A stretch of DNA of 64,000 nucleotides from an uncultured Clostridia bacterium. Lineage in GTDB: Bacteria; Bacillota; Clostridia; TANB77; CAG-508. Shown here one piece after another: positions 11,490 through 23,349 of the stretch. The stretch lies in contig CAKOYQ010000004.1 in assembly GCA_934130935.1 (NCBI GenBank), positions 27,060 to 91,059 of the forward strand, in the 5' to 3' direction. The position numbers and the translations under genes are program-made. Within the stretch, counting starts at the first letter, position 1. Each line of letters starts with the position of its first letter. The notes beneath the pieces were generated by a model. The model had not been told where the DNA came from. It made no database searches and saw only the letters and a program-made list of their open reading frames with translations.

Positions 11490-11560
11490 TTTTTCAAGGG
11501 GATTGGGGCTTTCCCCATAAATAACAAATGTGTACCCACATTTGTCTTGCTTGTTAGGAC
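11490..11560. promoter_or_regulatory. Candidate oriT: two adjacent hairpins upstream of mobC/relaxase
   Basis: GGGGcttt-CCCC at 11505-11516 and a perfect 9-bp inverted repeat ACAAATGTG-tacc-CACATTTGT at 11524-11545, with an AT-rich palindrome ATAAATTTTAT just downstream. This matches the expected position of a MOBP oriT. Confidence 0.45.
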
Positions 11561-11690
11561 GATAAATTTTATAAATAAAATTTATATATTCTGTTAAAAT
11601 TCCTATTTATTTATAATTTTTGTTTATCTTTCCGAGCATAAACTTTTGCTTTTTATTCTTTTTAAACCTAAAAAATCACATAAATAATCG

Positions 11691-12593
11691 TTATAATCTT
11701 TGCCGTTTTTTTGGTGGTTTGATTATAACTTCATACTTATGTGATAGCACATTTTTTAATGCTTTACTTGCATTTATTCCAGCTTCATCATTATCTAAAC
11801 ACAGATATATTTTTTTAGTTTCTGGATGTTTATCTAAATATTTTTGAATTGCAATAGGCACTTTACTTTGTGAAATATCACTCGCTGGTTGATAAACTCC
11901 TGCTAATGATATTAATGTTTTTTCTTCATAATTTTGTCCATAGATTTTAAAAAGAGTAGCATATGATAAAGCATCTATTGCACCCTCAAATATATAAATA
12001 GTATCTGTTTTAATTTTACTTTCTAGTCTAAAAGAATAGGTTTTATCACTTCCTGTTGCATCAGCTTTAAATGTTTTTTCATTAGTGGACCTGCACCCTG
12101 CATACCTAATATTTTTTTGTTCATCATATCCAACAAATACTGCATTATGATAATATTTTTCTTCATATATTAAGTTTTTTTCTATGCATTTTTTTATAAT
12201 TTCTTCATCTATTCCTCTTGATTTTAAATATAAAAAAACATTATTAGAAGCGGAATTTTTTTCTGGTATAATTATATGTTTTTCTTTTGATTTTATAGTT
12301 TTATCTATTACAATAGGTTGCTTTAAATTCATTTGATCTAGTAGTAAATTTGCGGCATCTATAAAACGCATATTTTTCGTTTTCATTATAAAATCAATAG
12401 CATTTTTTCCTCCAAAACCTCTTGAACACCAATTCCATAACCCATTTGACATTCTTAAACTATCGTGCGATTTTGTTGTATATTCATTTGTACTTGCTCG
12501 TACTAATTCACTTGGCATATATGTTCTAAAATATGTTACCAAATCAATTGATTTTGCTTTTTCTAGTAGTTGTGGTTTTATATATTTTCCCAT
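11691..12593 (-). CDS. Toprim-domain primase-like protein (DUF3991 + Toprim)
   Basis: C-terminal IYIFEGAIDALSYATL and IYLCLDNDEAGINASKAL are Toprim acidic motifs. The N-terminus (HDSLRMSNGLWNWCSRGFGG) resembles the DUF3991 domain found next to relaxases on Firmicutes conjugative elements. Confidence 0.6.
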   Translation of the reverse strand: MGKYIKPQLLEKAKSIDLVTYFRTYMPSELVRASTNEYTTKSHDSLRMSNGLWNWCSRGFGGKNAIDFIMKTKNMRFIDAANLLLDQMNLKQPIVIDKTIKSKEKHIIIPEKNSASNNVFLYLKSRGIDEEIIKKCIEKNLIYEEKYYHNAVFVGYDEQKNIRYAGCRSTNEKTFKADATGSDKTYSFRLESKIKTDTIYIFEGAIDALSYATLFKIYGQNYEEKTLISLAGVYQPASDISQSKVPIAIQKYLDKHPETKKIYLCLDNDEAGINASKALKNVLSHKYEVIIKPPKKRQRL

Positions 12594-12600
12594 AACACAA

Positions 12601-12816
12601 TTACCTACTTTCTCGATTTTTGACTTTCTTCTCCTTTACTATTTCATCTTTATATTCTCTAAATTCTGTGCCTTTATAATCTTGATAGTCTAAAATATAT
12701 TCTTCATTTGAATATTTTTCTTTAGCAATATTTATTGCTTCATTTAATGAATTTGCCTTTATTTTTACAACTTTTTGCAATGTTTCTTCTATTTCAATTT
12801 CATATTCTTTCCCCAT
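12601..12816 (-). CDS. DpnD/PcfM-like small protein
   Basis: 71 aa, EYEIEIEETLQKVVKIKANSLNEAINIAKEKYSNEEYILDYQDY matches the DpnD/PcfM family pattern common on conjugative elements. Confidence 0.45.
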   Translation of the reverse strand: MGKEYEIEIEETLQKVVKIKANSLNEAINIAKEKYSNEEYILDYQDYKGTEFREYKDEIVKEKKVKNRESR

Positions 12817-13160
12817 ATTTTTATCTCACTTTCTCTCTTTTTTTTAGTAAATTCTTTATCTATATCTTCAACAATTTCTTGAACAATATCTCTCATATTA
12901 TCAAGGTTATTTGTTTCTATATTCATATATTTGTTATACATTTTTTCTAATACTTTTTCAGTACTTAATAGTGCTTTTATTTCTTTGAAACTTAATGTTG
13001 CACCCTCTAAAATAGATAATGTTTCTTCTTTAAAGTTTATTTCATAAGATTTGTCTATAATTTCTTCTTTAGTACAATTTTTTATTAAATCTTGTTTATA
13101 TATGCTAAATTCTTGTTCTATTTTAGCCATTAATATATCTTTTAATTGTTCATTATTCAT
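12789..13160 (-). CDS. Hypothetical protein (123 aa)
   Basis: ORF only. Confidence 0.4.
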   Translation of the reverse strand: MNNEQLKDILMAKIEQEFSIYKQDLIKNCTKEEIIDKSYEINFKEETLSILEGATLSFKEIKALLSTEKVLEKMYNKYMNIETNNLDNMRDIVQEIVEDIDKEFTKKKRESEIKIWGKNMKLK

Positions 13161-13323
13161 TTTGATATTCCTCCTTAAATTTTATTTTTTGCATATAAAA
13201 AGAGATATTAAGTTCTTGTTATTCTTAATATCTCTATATGATTTTATTAAATTATAATATTTGATTTGTTATTCATAAATATTTGTTCTTTGAATTATTA
13301 TTTTTTAATATAAAGAATTACTT

Positions 13324-14529
13324 TTATGTGTCTGTACTTTCAAAAGTTTTCACAACTGGAAGATTCTTTTTATTAATTGAATTTTTTTCTAAACGAATAG
13401 AGATTATGTCTCCTTTAGCATTTTCTAAAGTTTTTATTGAGTTTACCTTATTTCCTCTACTATAAAATTTAGTGTTATTATTAAATTCTACACTTGTTTC
13501 AAATGTTTCATCTGTTAAAGTATCTCCAATTATATCTCCATATTCTATTGTTACTTGTGCCATATCTTCATTAATAATATTAATATTTTCCATATTTATT
13601 GTGTTTTGGTATTTTATTTGTTCATCAGATGTTAATGTCATATTATACAATAGCTCGTTTTTTAATTCCTCTCCAGTAATATTTCTAAAAATTAAAATTT
13701 GTTTATTTACTGGATCTAAATAATCTCCTATATTTATATCAGCTATATTAATGTTTTTACAAGTTCTACCATTTAAATAATTAAACATACTTTTTTCTAT
13801 ATAAAATAATTTATTATTATCATTCAAAAAATAAATATAGTCATTATCTATTTTTGTTATCTTACCAGAAGAAAAGAAATTATCATTCATTATTTTTTGA
13901 GTCGCATTTTCTGCCTGTGAGTCTGTATTCAATGTTTCATTAGTAGAAATAGAAGTATCAGAATTGCTATTGATTTTGTTCGATTTTTCTATATAGTTAT
14001 TTACTCCTTCTATTCCTTCTTGATTATATAAATCTATAATTCCTACTGTTATAATATTAGATATTATTTTATTTTCATCAACATTATTAATATCTGCCTT
14101 AATTTTTTCAAAATATGAATCTTCATCTAAAAGCGTTATATCGTCAAGATAATAACAACCTGCAGTAATATATTCTTGTAAATCATCCATATTTATTTTG
14201 TTTATTAAATCGCTATCATTGCTATATAATTTTTTCATTTTTTGATAAGCATCTTCTCGAGTAACTAATTCTATATTTTTAAAATATTTCATATTTTTAA
14301 TTTTACTATATAAGTTGTCTACATTTTCTTGTGATGAGCCTTTATTTATATATATCTTAACAATGGAATATTCTTCAAAATCTTTTTTTAAAGTTTCATA
14401 TATTGTTTTGTCTTGGGTATCATTATCCTTATTTGATGTATTCCTTTTTATTAATACAAATGTTGCTAATGCTATCACTAAAATTATTATTATTATAATT
14501 ATAATACTTTTCTTTTTCACTTTTACCAC
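13324..14529 (-). CDS. Membrane-anchored hypothetical protein (401 aa) with an N-terminal TM helix and an extracellular domain
   Basis: KKKSIIIIIIIILVIALATFVLI signal-anchor, then a polar 370-aa domain. Confidence 0.5.
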   Translation of the reverse strand: MVKVKKKSIIIIIIIILVIALATFVLIKRNTSNKDNDTQDKTIYETLKKDFEEYSIVKIYINKGSSQENVDNLYSKIKNMKYFKNIELVTREDAYQKMKKLYSNDSDLINKINMDDLQEYITAGCYYLDDITLLDEDSYFEKIKADINNVDENKIISNIITVGIIDLYNQEGIEGVNNYIEKSNKINSNSDTSISTNETLNTDSQAENATQKIMNDNFFSSGKITKIDNDYIYFLNDNNKLFYIEKSMFNYLNGRTCKNINIADINIGDYLDPVNKQILIFRNITGEELKNELLYNMTLTSDEQIKYQNTINMENINIINEDMAQVTIEYGDIIGDTLTDETFETSVEFNNNTKFYSRGNKVNSIKTLENAKGDIISIRLEKNSINKKNLPVVKTFESTDT

Positions 14530-14657
14530 ACCTCTATAAATTTCTATTTTATTAAATTTATATCATAAAAATTAGATTTTTTCAATTAAATTAAAAGATA
14601 TAATTATTAATTTTTTCATCAACAATTATATCTTTATACCATTATTTTTATAGCTAA

Positions 14658-15323
14658 TTATATTGCATTTATATCTGTAAGATTTGTAAGCATTTCTCGC
14701 ATTCCAAGTCTAAATATTTCTTTTTGTTCAATAGAATCAAGTCGACTACTTAAACTTAAAAGTTTTTGTATAACTTTTAGTTCCTTATAATTTAAAATTT
14801 CAATTTTCCCATCTTCAACAAGATTTTCAACTTTAGGATTATCTTCTTTCAATTTTCTTACTTGATTAATAAGTTCCTTATATTCAGGTTTTTTCATTAA
14901 ATATGTTACTCTATATTCTTCAACATACTCTAAAAATTCATCTGAACACTCATTATAAAATGATTTTCCTTTCATTCTATTCTTTTCACTAAAAGTTTTT
15001 GTTTCCTTTTTTAGCATATCTGCATCACAAAAACCAAGTTTATAATATTTCCTACACCAGTAATCCATTTCTAGAAAAAGAGCATTTTCCAAATCTTTTA
15101 TCAAATCATTTATTTGTTTTATTTTTGTGTCATCTTCTAACTTTAATTCATTAATAAAGATTTTCAACTTTTCTCTCTTTTCAGATACCTCAAATTTTTC
15201 TGTTTCCTTTGTAAATTTTTCACTAAAACATAGTTCATAGTCTTCACTCCTTATATCATATAATTCGTTAAAAACACCATCCTTAAAATTATTTATCATT
15301 TTTATTTCCTCCTTTGTTGTCAT
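14658..15323 (-). CDS. Hypothetical protein (221 aa)
   Basis: ORF only, cytoplasmic and Glu/Lys-rich. The AAATGTGTGATTT motif lies in its promoter region. Confidence 0.5.
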   Translation of the reverse strand: MTTKEEIKMINNFKDGVFNELYDIRSEDYELCFSEKFTKETEKFEVSEKREKLKIFINELKLEDDTKIKQINDLIKDLENALFLEMDYWCRKYYKLGFCDADMLKKETKTFSEKNRMKGKSFYNECSDEFLEYVEEYRVTYLMKKPEYKELINQVRKLKEDNPKVENLVEDGKIEILNYKELKVIQKLLSLSSRLDSIEQKEIFRLGMREMLTNLTDINAI

Positions 15324-15359
15324 AATATAGTATTTGCTTTCAAAATAAAAATGTGTGAT

Positions 15360-18300
15360 TTACCTAATTGGGTCTTTATCATAGTCTTGACTTTTTAAAT
15401 TATCATCTTCCGACTTTTCATCATCTTCCATTATAATACTTTCTTTTTCATCTAGTTTTAATAATGCATTTACTCTATCTAATCTAGTTGATTTTTCTTT
15501 TAATTCATTTTCTTTATCAAATGGAATTTTTACATCAATTTTTGCATTTTCAAATTGCTTTTTAGTATTTTCTAATTCATCTTTATTTTCTTCAAGTTCT
15601 TTTCCAATATTAGATAAAGCATTATCAATTCTAGTTATATTTCCATAAATGTCATTTCCTAATGAAATTTTGTATTCAGATTTTCCTTTTAAAAACAACT
15701 CAAATTCTTGTCTTGCAACATTTATTTGTAATTCTAGTTTCATTCCTCTATATTCTCCTATTTCTTCTAATTCTGAATTTTCTTTTGTTTTACAAATTTC
15801 TAATATTGTTTTTCCTGCCATTTCTTTTTTATTGTATTGTTTGCCTTTTAATGTCATAGGAGAAAATTTTTCTTCATTTGCTATATTTGTATTATTTTTT
15901 ACTAAATTTAAATCTTTTTCGATGCCTAAAATCTTATTTTCTAATTCTTTTATTCTATTTGGATAATATTTTACTATCATATCTTCAAGTCTATATATTT
16001 CACTTAAATAACTTTGCTTTAATAATTTTAATTTTGCAACATCTGTATCTAATTGAGTTTTTTCTATAATCAAAGGATTTCCTGCTGCTAAAGCTTTTAT
16101 TTCAGCATAGCTTAATGCTTTTTCATCAACATCTTCCGCACTTCTGACAGGTGTTCTTGATGTCATTATTTGAGATATAAATTTCTGCTTTGTTTCCACT
16201 AACTGAAACAAGTATGCATCAAAAGTTTTTTCTGTTACATAAGTGTAGATATATACAACATCATTTTCATTTCCTTGTCTAGGTCCGTCTACCGATTTCT
16301 TTGAGTTAAATCTGAAGGTCGCCACGGACAGTCTAAATGATGAAGTGCAATTATTTTATTTTGGCAGTTTGTTCCTGCTCCCATTTTCGCAGTAGATCCC
16401 ATTAAAACTCTTATATTTCCAGCTCTTACTTTTGAAAATAATTCCTGTTTTTGAGTATCATTATTTGCATCATGTATAAATGCAATTTCGTTTTCTGGTA
16501 TTCCTTTTTCAATTAGCTTTCGTTTTAAATCTGTATATACATCTGTAAATTTCCATTCTTTTAGTTTCCATTTTCCGTCTACAAGTTCCATCTCATAAGG
16601 ATTATCCATTGTGCCTGTGTTTTTGGGTGTTGACAAATCACAAAATACTAATTGAGTTGATTTTTTTTCTGCAGTTTCTTTCCAAATTTTATAAATATTT
16701 TCTGCACACGCATTAACTTTACTATTTTCAAAGTCTGGTAACATATCATTTATTAATCTCTGGTCTAATGCTAATTTTCTTCCCTCATTAGTAATTTTAA
16801 GCATATTGTCATCTTTAGGGTTTACATCTCCCCTTTTTATATCTTCTGCTCTTTCTCCTAATTTTTCTACCATTTCTTCTTGAATTGAACTCGGTTTTAC
16901 AACTATCGTTTCAAACTTTGCTTCTGGGATAGGCAAATTCAAAGTATCTGATGTTTGTATATCAGCTACTTCTTTGAATAATGCCATAAGTTCTGGCAAA
17001 TTATAAAATTTTGCGAATCTTGTTTTTGTCCTATAACCTGTTCCGCGCGGGATTAAGTTCTAGTGCAGATACAGTCTTTCCAAATGTACTCGCCCAGCTA
17101 TCAAATTGTAATAGTCCACTTTTTTCTAATGTGTTATATTGCAAATAGCGTTGCATTGTATATAATTCTACCATTGAATTTGAAACAGGTGTACCAGTAG
17201 CAAACACAACACCTTTTCCACCTGTCAATTCATCTAAATATCTACATTTCATAAACAAATCAGAACTTTTTTGTGCTTCAGTTTGGGCTATTCCTCCAAC
17301 ATTACGCATTTTCGTGTATAAATATAGATTTTTAAAACCGATGCGCTTCATCAACAAATAATTTATCTGTTCCTAGTTGTTCAAATGTAACAACAGAATC
17401 TTTTCTTGAATTATCATTTAATTTTTTTAATTTTTCTTCAACTTTTTTCTTACTTTTCTCAAGTTGTTTTATAGAATAATACTCAGCACCATTTTTCTTT
17501 AAATCATCTATGCTCAATGTTAAAGCATCTATTTGTTGATTTAAAAAGTATGCTTGTCTTTCTTGTGATAATTGTATCTTTTCAAATTGAGAATGTCCCA
17601 TTATTATTGCATCATATTGTCCAGTTGATATCTTACTGCAAAATTTTTTTCTATTATTCATTGCAAAATCTTTTTTACTTGTTACTAATATATTGGCAGA
17701 TGGGTATAGTTGTAAAAATTCACTTGCAAATTGTTCAATAATGTGGTTTGGAACAACAAAAAGAGACTTATTCCAAAGTCCCAGTCTTTTTCCTTCCATT
17801 GCTGCAGCAACCATTTCAAATGTTTTTCCAGCTCCGTACTTCGTGAGCTAACAAAGTATTTCCTCCATAAAGTTGTCTTGCAATAGCATTTATTTGATGT
17901 TTTCTTAATGTTATTTCTGGATTCATTCCAACAAAAGTTATATATTGGCCATCATATTCTCTTGGTCTTATACAATTAAATTTATCATTATAAATTCTAA
18001 CCAAATGTTCTCTTCTTTGTTGGTCTTTCCAAATCCATTCTTCAAATTTTGTTTTTATTATTTCTTGTTTTCCCTGTGCTATTGCCGTTTCTTTTGCATT
18101 TAATTTTCTTTCTTCTTTACCATCTGAATTTATTACATTATCAAATATTTGCACATCTTTTAAATTTAATGTTTTTTCAATAATTTGGTAGGCATTAATT
18201 CTTCTTGTACCATAAGTTGTATTTACTCTGCTATTTTTCCAATCTATATTTTTTCCAGTAATATTCCAATCTGATGTATAATCGGAATAATTTACATTTA

Positions 18301-21300
18301 TGTCATTTCTATATTGCTGTGGTGTTTCTAATAATTCATACATAAATTGCTCTATATATTTTGTAGGAATCCATGTGCTACCTAGTCTTACACTTATTTC
18401 ACTAGCTGACAAATCTTTAATTTTTACACTTTCTAATCCTTTTACATTTACTTCATATTCTGAATTATTTTGAGCAAATTCTTTAGCAATTTTTAGTTTT
18501 TCTCTAACATTGCCACTCAAATATTCATCGGCTGTTACATATTTATCTAGCATAGGATCTTTATAAATACTACCCTCTAATTCTTTAATAAGTTGTTTTT
18601 CTGTTTTTCCTGTTAAATTGCACATATATTCTAGGTCAACACTTGCTTTTTCTGATATAGACGAAATTAAAGCGTCTATACTATTATCTGCTTTTGATAT
18701 TTTTATATGAGGTTGTATAGTTCTTTTTGAAAACATATCTGCTTTTCTAATAAAGTTTTTGTTTTCATCAATAATTTCTAATGAACAAAGTAAATAATAA
18801 CTATCATCATCTGAAAAAGCAATTTCGTTTCCTCTGCTGTTTATTAATCCATATTTTTTTGAAAAATTATCATATAGTCTATTTAGTTTCTGTTGCTCTG
18901 ATGTTATTTCAAAGTCTGGTGCATCATCTATTTGTAAATCTATTATTTTTCTAACACAATCACGAATTTCTATCATACCTTTTATTCTGTTAAGTGTTGT
19001 AATAGGTTTGTCTTGTAGATACATTAAGCTATTTTCTCTATAATAAACTTTATTATCTACTTCAGTATATGAAAAGTTTCTGACATCTGGTGTTGCTGGT
19101 ATTGATACTTCTTCATTGTCGCTTATTTCATCTATTTGAATATTATCTATTTCTGCATTTATACTCTCGATTGCATTATCTAATTGTGTTTCAAGTGTTT
19201 CACTATATATTGGACTACAAGTAGATTCTGGTCCAAATCTTCCAGATGTCATTTCCATTCTTCCTAAAATCATTTCTGGATGCTTAACAAAATAACTGTT
19301 CATTTCTATTCCATCTTGATTTTTGTCTAAATGTACCCATTCATCTTCAATATCAGTAATCTTATCTCTTTTCTTTAAAAATATAATATCAGATGTTACT
19401 ATTGTTCCTGCATTGGCTTTAAATGTATTGTTTGGTAGTCTAATTGCTCCAATTAATTCCGCTCTTTGACATATATATTTTCTTATTTTATCATTTTGTT
19501 TATCCATTGTACCTTTTGATGTTATAAAAGCAATTACTCCATTGGGTCTAACTTTATCTAATGTTTTTGCAAAAAAGTAATCGTGAATCAAAAAATTATT
19601 TCTATCATATCTCCTATCTGTAAGTTTGAAATCTCCAAACGGTACATTTCCTAGAGCTACATCAAAAAATGAGTCCGGCAGTTCTACTTCTTCATATCCT
19701 TTTACTGCTATTGTATTTTTTTGATATAATTGTCTTGCTATGTTTCCTGATATAGTGTCCAATTCTACTCCGTACATTTTACATTCTTTTAGTGTTTTTG
19801 GTATTCTACCAAAAAAGTTTCCTACTCCGGCAACTTGGTTCTAATATATTGCCCCTTTCAAGTCCCATTTGTTCTAATGCTTTATATATTGAACTTATTA
19901 CAATAGGCGGAGTATAAAAAGCAGTTAATGTAGATTGTCTAGCCTCTGTATATTCCTTTTCAGTTAGTAGCTTTTTTAGTTCATTATATTCTTCAGTCCA
20001 GTCATTATTTTGTGAATCAAAAACTTCTGCTAATCCTCCCCAACCAACATATTCTGCAAGTATTTTTTGTTCTTCTTTTGTAGCAAATCTATTTTCTTCA
20101 TCACACTTTTTTAATATTTTGATAGCTTCAATGTTTTTTTGAAATTTTTGCTTTTTAGTACCTACACCTAAATCAATATCTTCAATATGATAATTATTTC
20201 TTTCATCTAAAGGTATTTCTGGATGTAAATCAAAATATTCAATTCTGTTTCTTCTTTTCTGTTTTATATTAGCTTTTAGTGTTTTTTCTTCGTTATCTTT
20301 TATTGGTATATTTTCCTGTTTTACTTCTTCGCTATCATTTTTTGTATTTTCCTTTTCGATATCTAGTAGTCTTTTTCCAGTTCTTAATTTATCATTTGCA
20401 GGATTTTCTTTGATTTTTTTATCAAATTCTTTTCTAGACATCTCTTTTATAAACAAAGGAAATTTTGTGTCTGCCAATTTTACAATAGTATCACTAATTG
20501 ATGTTATTTCATATTCATCAATTCCAATGTAAACAATGTTTCCCACTTTAAATTCATAATATGGTAATCTTTTTTCAAGTTCATTTAATAACTCTTTAGC
20601 CTCTGGCAACATTTCATCATCTGACTCAAATTCTTCAATTGTTGTTTTGAAGAAATCGATATAATTTTTTATATTTATTTCATCTTCAATATCTGCTCTA
20701 ATTAATTCAATATTATCTTGTTCTGTATTACCTGTAGGAGAATTATCTAGATATGAATAAAGATCATAATCTTTTATAAAAGAATGTATTTTATCTGCTA
20801 ATTCATAATCTTCATCATTTAGCGCATCTTCTTTGGGATTATGATGTATTCCGTTTGCATCTAGCCAGTCATTGTATTCATCCTTTTCCTGTTCGCTCAA
20901 ATATCTATCTGTAGAAATTAATTCACTAATTCTTTTAGCAACTTGCGTCCATTTCAATAGATATTTTTTATTTGTTTTTGATTCTTCAAATGCTATTCCT
21001 TTGCTATCGTGATTTTGATATAAATTGCCTATTTCAATTGAATGACCACCTACTCCATACTCACTTTTTAGAAAATCAGCATTTTTTATATTTGTTTCTC
21101 CTTTTAAAAATTGCTGATATATTCTAAATTTACCATCTTGAAATCCACTGCCTCCTTGTAAATCATTATCAATAACTTCTTGAGGTACAAAAAAAGCAGG
21201 TGTATTTTCAACATCTGCTATATTCTGTTTTTGTTCATTTTCAGCTGGTATTTCAAAAACATCATTTATTTTATTTGTTTGAGCATAAGATATACAATAT

Positions 21301-22796
21301 TCAACAAAATTATTCCATTGCAAAAAGCATTTTTCTGTTCTGTTAAGGTAATTTCCTTTCCATAGATAAATACCATTATTATACAGCTTATATCCTACTC
21401 TATCATCATTTATAGTAAATTCATTATATTCTTTTCCAAAAGTTTCAAGTAAAAATTCTCTTGTTTTTTGATTATCTTCGACATTATTATTTAAAAATTC
21501 TACTATTTTTTCTTCATTCAATTTGACTTTTGGGGCATTCTTTATAATACTAATAATAGTATAATCATCACTAAATGATAATATATTGTCATTTTCATCA
21601 GTCCATTCTCCTAATTGAAAATCAATTCGTTCATTATTTGTTCTTCTGCTATCATCTTGTAGTTGTTCATTAGCCCTGTCCATTTCATTTGGTCTTTCAT
21701 CTTCAATTCTTCGTTTGTTCCATCTTGTATCGCCATTTTCTCCATTATCTTTTTTATCATTTTCGTTGCTTGGTCTTGTATTTGTGATAGGTGTAAAACT
21801 AATTCGTTGTTCATCACTAATATTGTGTATTCTGCTTTCTTCTGTGTTTTTAGATAATGTAGTCTCATTTTTGCGTATTTCCCATCTGGAATTTTTTCTC
21901 TCTCCATCACTAGATTTGGTATATTGTAATCTCCCATTTTCGTGTATGTTATTTTCTCCATAATCAATTCCTCCCTCAATTTTTTCTTTATCATTAGTAT
22001 AGTTTGAATTTTGATTTTTAACAAATGTGTGATTTTTGTTTTTTTCTTCAATTTGTAAATTTCTTATTGTTTTTGCAATTTCTCTTAATCCCATTTCTGC
22101 AATATCACTTACTGCTTGACCTAAAATTGTTATTAAATTTTCACTATTAAAATATTTTATATATTCAAATTCTTTTATATCAATTTTTTCTCTTGCATTA
22201 ATACCGCATCTTGTCATCATCATATAGGAAACACTCGCCCAAATACAAGGAACAAACAAACTATATAGTTCATCATCTGTATATTGTTCAAATTGAGTTT
22301 CTTTAATATATTTTTTTATAGATGACATATAATCTTGAATATTATCAGTTACCATATTATAAGCATTAAGAGTAATTGATGTAGAAAGTTCTGAATTTTC
22401 ACTTTCTGCTCCAAATGTAGTATCTAAAGTTTCTATAATGTCTTGTTTGTATTTTTCTTCAACACTCCATAATTTGTATGGTGTTCCCTTATAATTATGA
22501 GTATCAGATACATCAAAAACCAATTTAAAAGGATATTTACTATTTTCATCATTATCAAATATAAATATTCCATTTGCATTCTTGTTTACCCATCTTCTTA
22601 CTTTATTATTCCATGTTGCGATATCAGCACAAGCTGTTGCATCAGGTCTTTGTGCATAAATTAAAATTTGATCTGCAAAATCGTATTTAAAATTCCAACT
22701 ACTACTATCTAAAAATGAGAGCCAGTTTTCTTCTGTTTTAGTTATTTCATATAAGGTTTCTTTATACAATTTTCTTGTTTCTGTTATTCTTCCCAT
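15360..22796 (-). pseudogene. Giant polyvalent methyltransferase/SNF2-helicase protein (~2,480 aa if contiguous), broken into six ORFs by five or more frameshifts
   Basis: N6-adenine methyltransferase motifs: TAFYTPP, then motif I LEPS/AGVGNFFG split by a frameshift at ~19815, then motif IV GNVPFGDF. SNF2 helicase motifs: Walker A (LLAHEVG-GKT broken at 17814/17816), DEAH (LFVDEAHRF) and motif VI (LHHLDCPWRPSDLTQRNR), followed by a C-terminal coiled-coil. The ORFs are 19806..22796, 17816..19777, 17332..17814, 17031..17357, 16289..16999 and 15360..16325. Confidence 0.8.
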
Positions 22797-22819
22797 TTAA
22801 AACCTCCCTTCTTTATTAT

Positions 22820-23047
22820 TTAATTCATATCAATAAAAAAATTCCATAATCCTTTTGTTTCTATTGCATCTTGTATAATCCATATTGTTTCTATGTCTTT
22901 TAATGTTACGTTTGGTATATCTTCATTTTGATTTATCTTTTTCAATTCAGATACTTTCATATTCAAAACATCTTTTTCGTTTGCCATACCTATACTTTTT
23001 AATTTTTTTATTAAATTCTTTTTATTTTTAGAGCTATTTTCCGACAT
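22820..23047 (-). CDS. Hypothetical small protein (75 aa)
   Basis: ORF immediately upstream of the giant gene. Confidence 0.35.
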   Translation of the reverse strand: MSENSSKNKKNLIKKLKSIGMANEKDVLNMKVSELKKINQNEDIPNVTLKDIETIWIIQDAIETKGLWNFFIDMN

Positions 23048-23109
23048 TATGCACCTCTTTCACAAAAAATAACCTTACTTTAAGGTTTTACTTAAAATAA
23101 GGTTTTCTA

Positions 23110-23139
23110 TTGACTTTTTTATTAAATTTGTATTATAAT
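23110..23139 (+). promoter_or_regulatory. Near-consensus sigma-A promoter (TTGACT, 18-nt spacer, TATAAT) on the plus strand
   Basis: TTGACT at 23110-23115 and TATAAT at 23134-23139. It would drive a ~95-nt transcript ending at the intrinsic terminator at 23196-23241. Confidence 0.4.
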
Positions 23140-23145
23140 AGATAT

Positions 23146-23241
23146 AGGAAATGACAATTCCGTAAGATACGGTTTTGCCACGAAAGAGTTTTTTTATAAA
23201 CCATTCGTCTCAGCAAAAGCAGAATGGTTTATTTTTTATTT
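23146..23241 (+). ncRNA. Candidate small RNA convergent with the 37-aa peptide gene (antitoxin-RNA candidate)
   Basis: Bounded by the consensus promoter and a strong rho-independent terminator. Contains CGGTTTTGCCACG (23170-23182), which is repeated inverted at 23388-23400 inside the 5' UTR region of the peptide gene. Confidence 0.3.
23196..23241 (+). terminator. Rho-independent terminator (11-bp stem ATAAACCATTC/GAATGGTTTAT followed by a T-run)
   Basis: Perfect stem with a 15-nt loop, then TTTTTTATTTAT. Confidence 0.5.
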
Positions 23242-23349
23242 ATGTAGTTGCTTATCAACCCAGTTCTTATAAAGAACTGCAATTAAGGCAACGTTTAATG
23301 TTAAAGATAACATTAGCAATATTACAAAAAATAGTATTACTTTAACCAT
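23236..23349 (-). CDS. 37-aa hydrophobic peptide with a charged C-terminus (type I toxin-like), not in the supplied ORF track
   Basis: ATG at 23349-23347 is preceded by the strong SD AAAGGTGGTGA. Translation is MVKVILFFVILLMLSLTLNVALIAVLYKNWVDKQLHK, with a TAA stop at 23238-23236. It has a single TM helix and a basic/aromatic tail. Confidence 0.45.
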   Translation of the reverse strand: MVKVILFFVILLMLSLTLNVALIAVLYKNWVDKQLHK

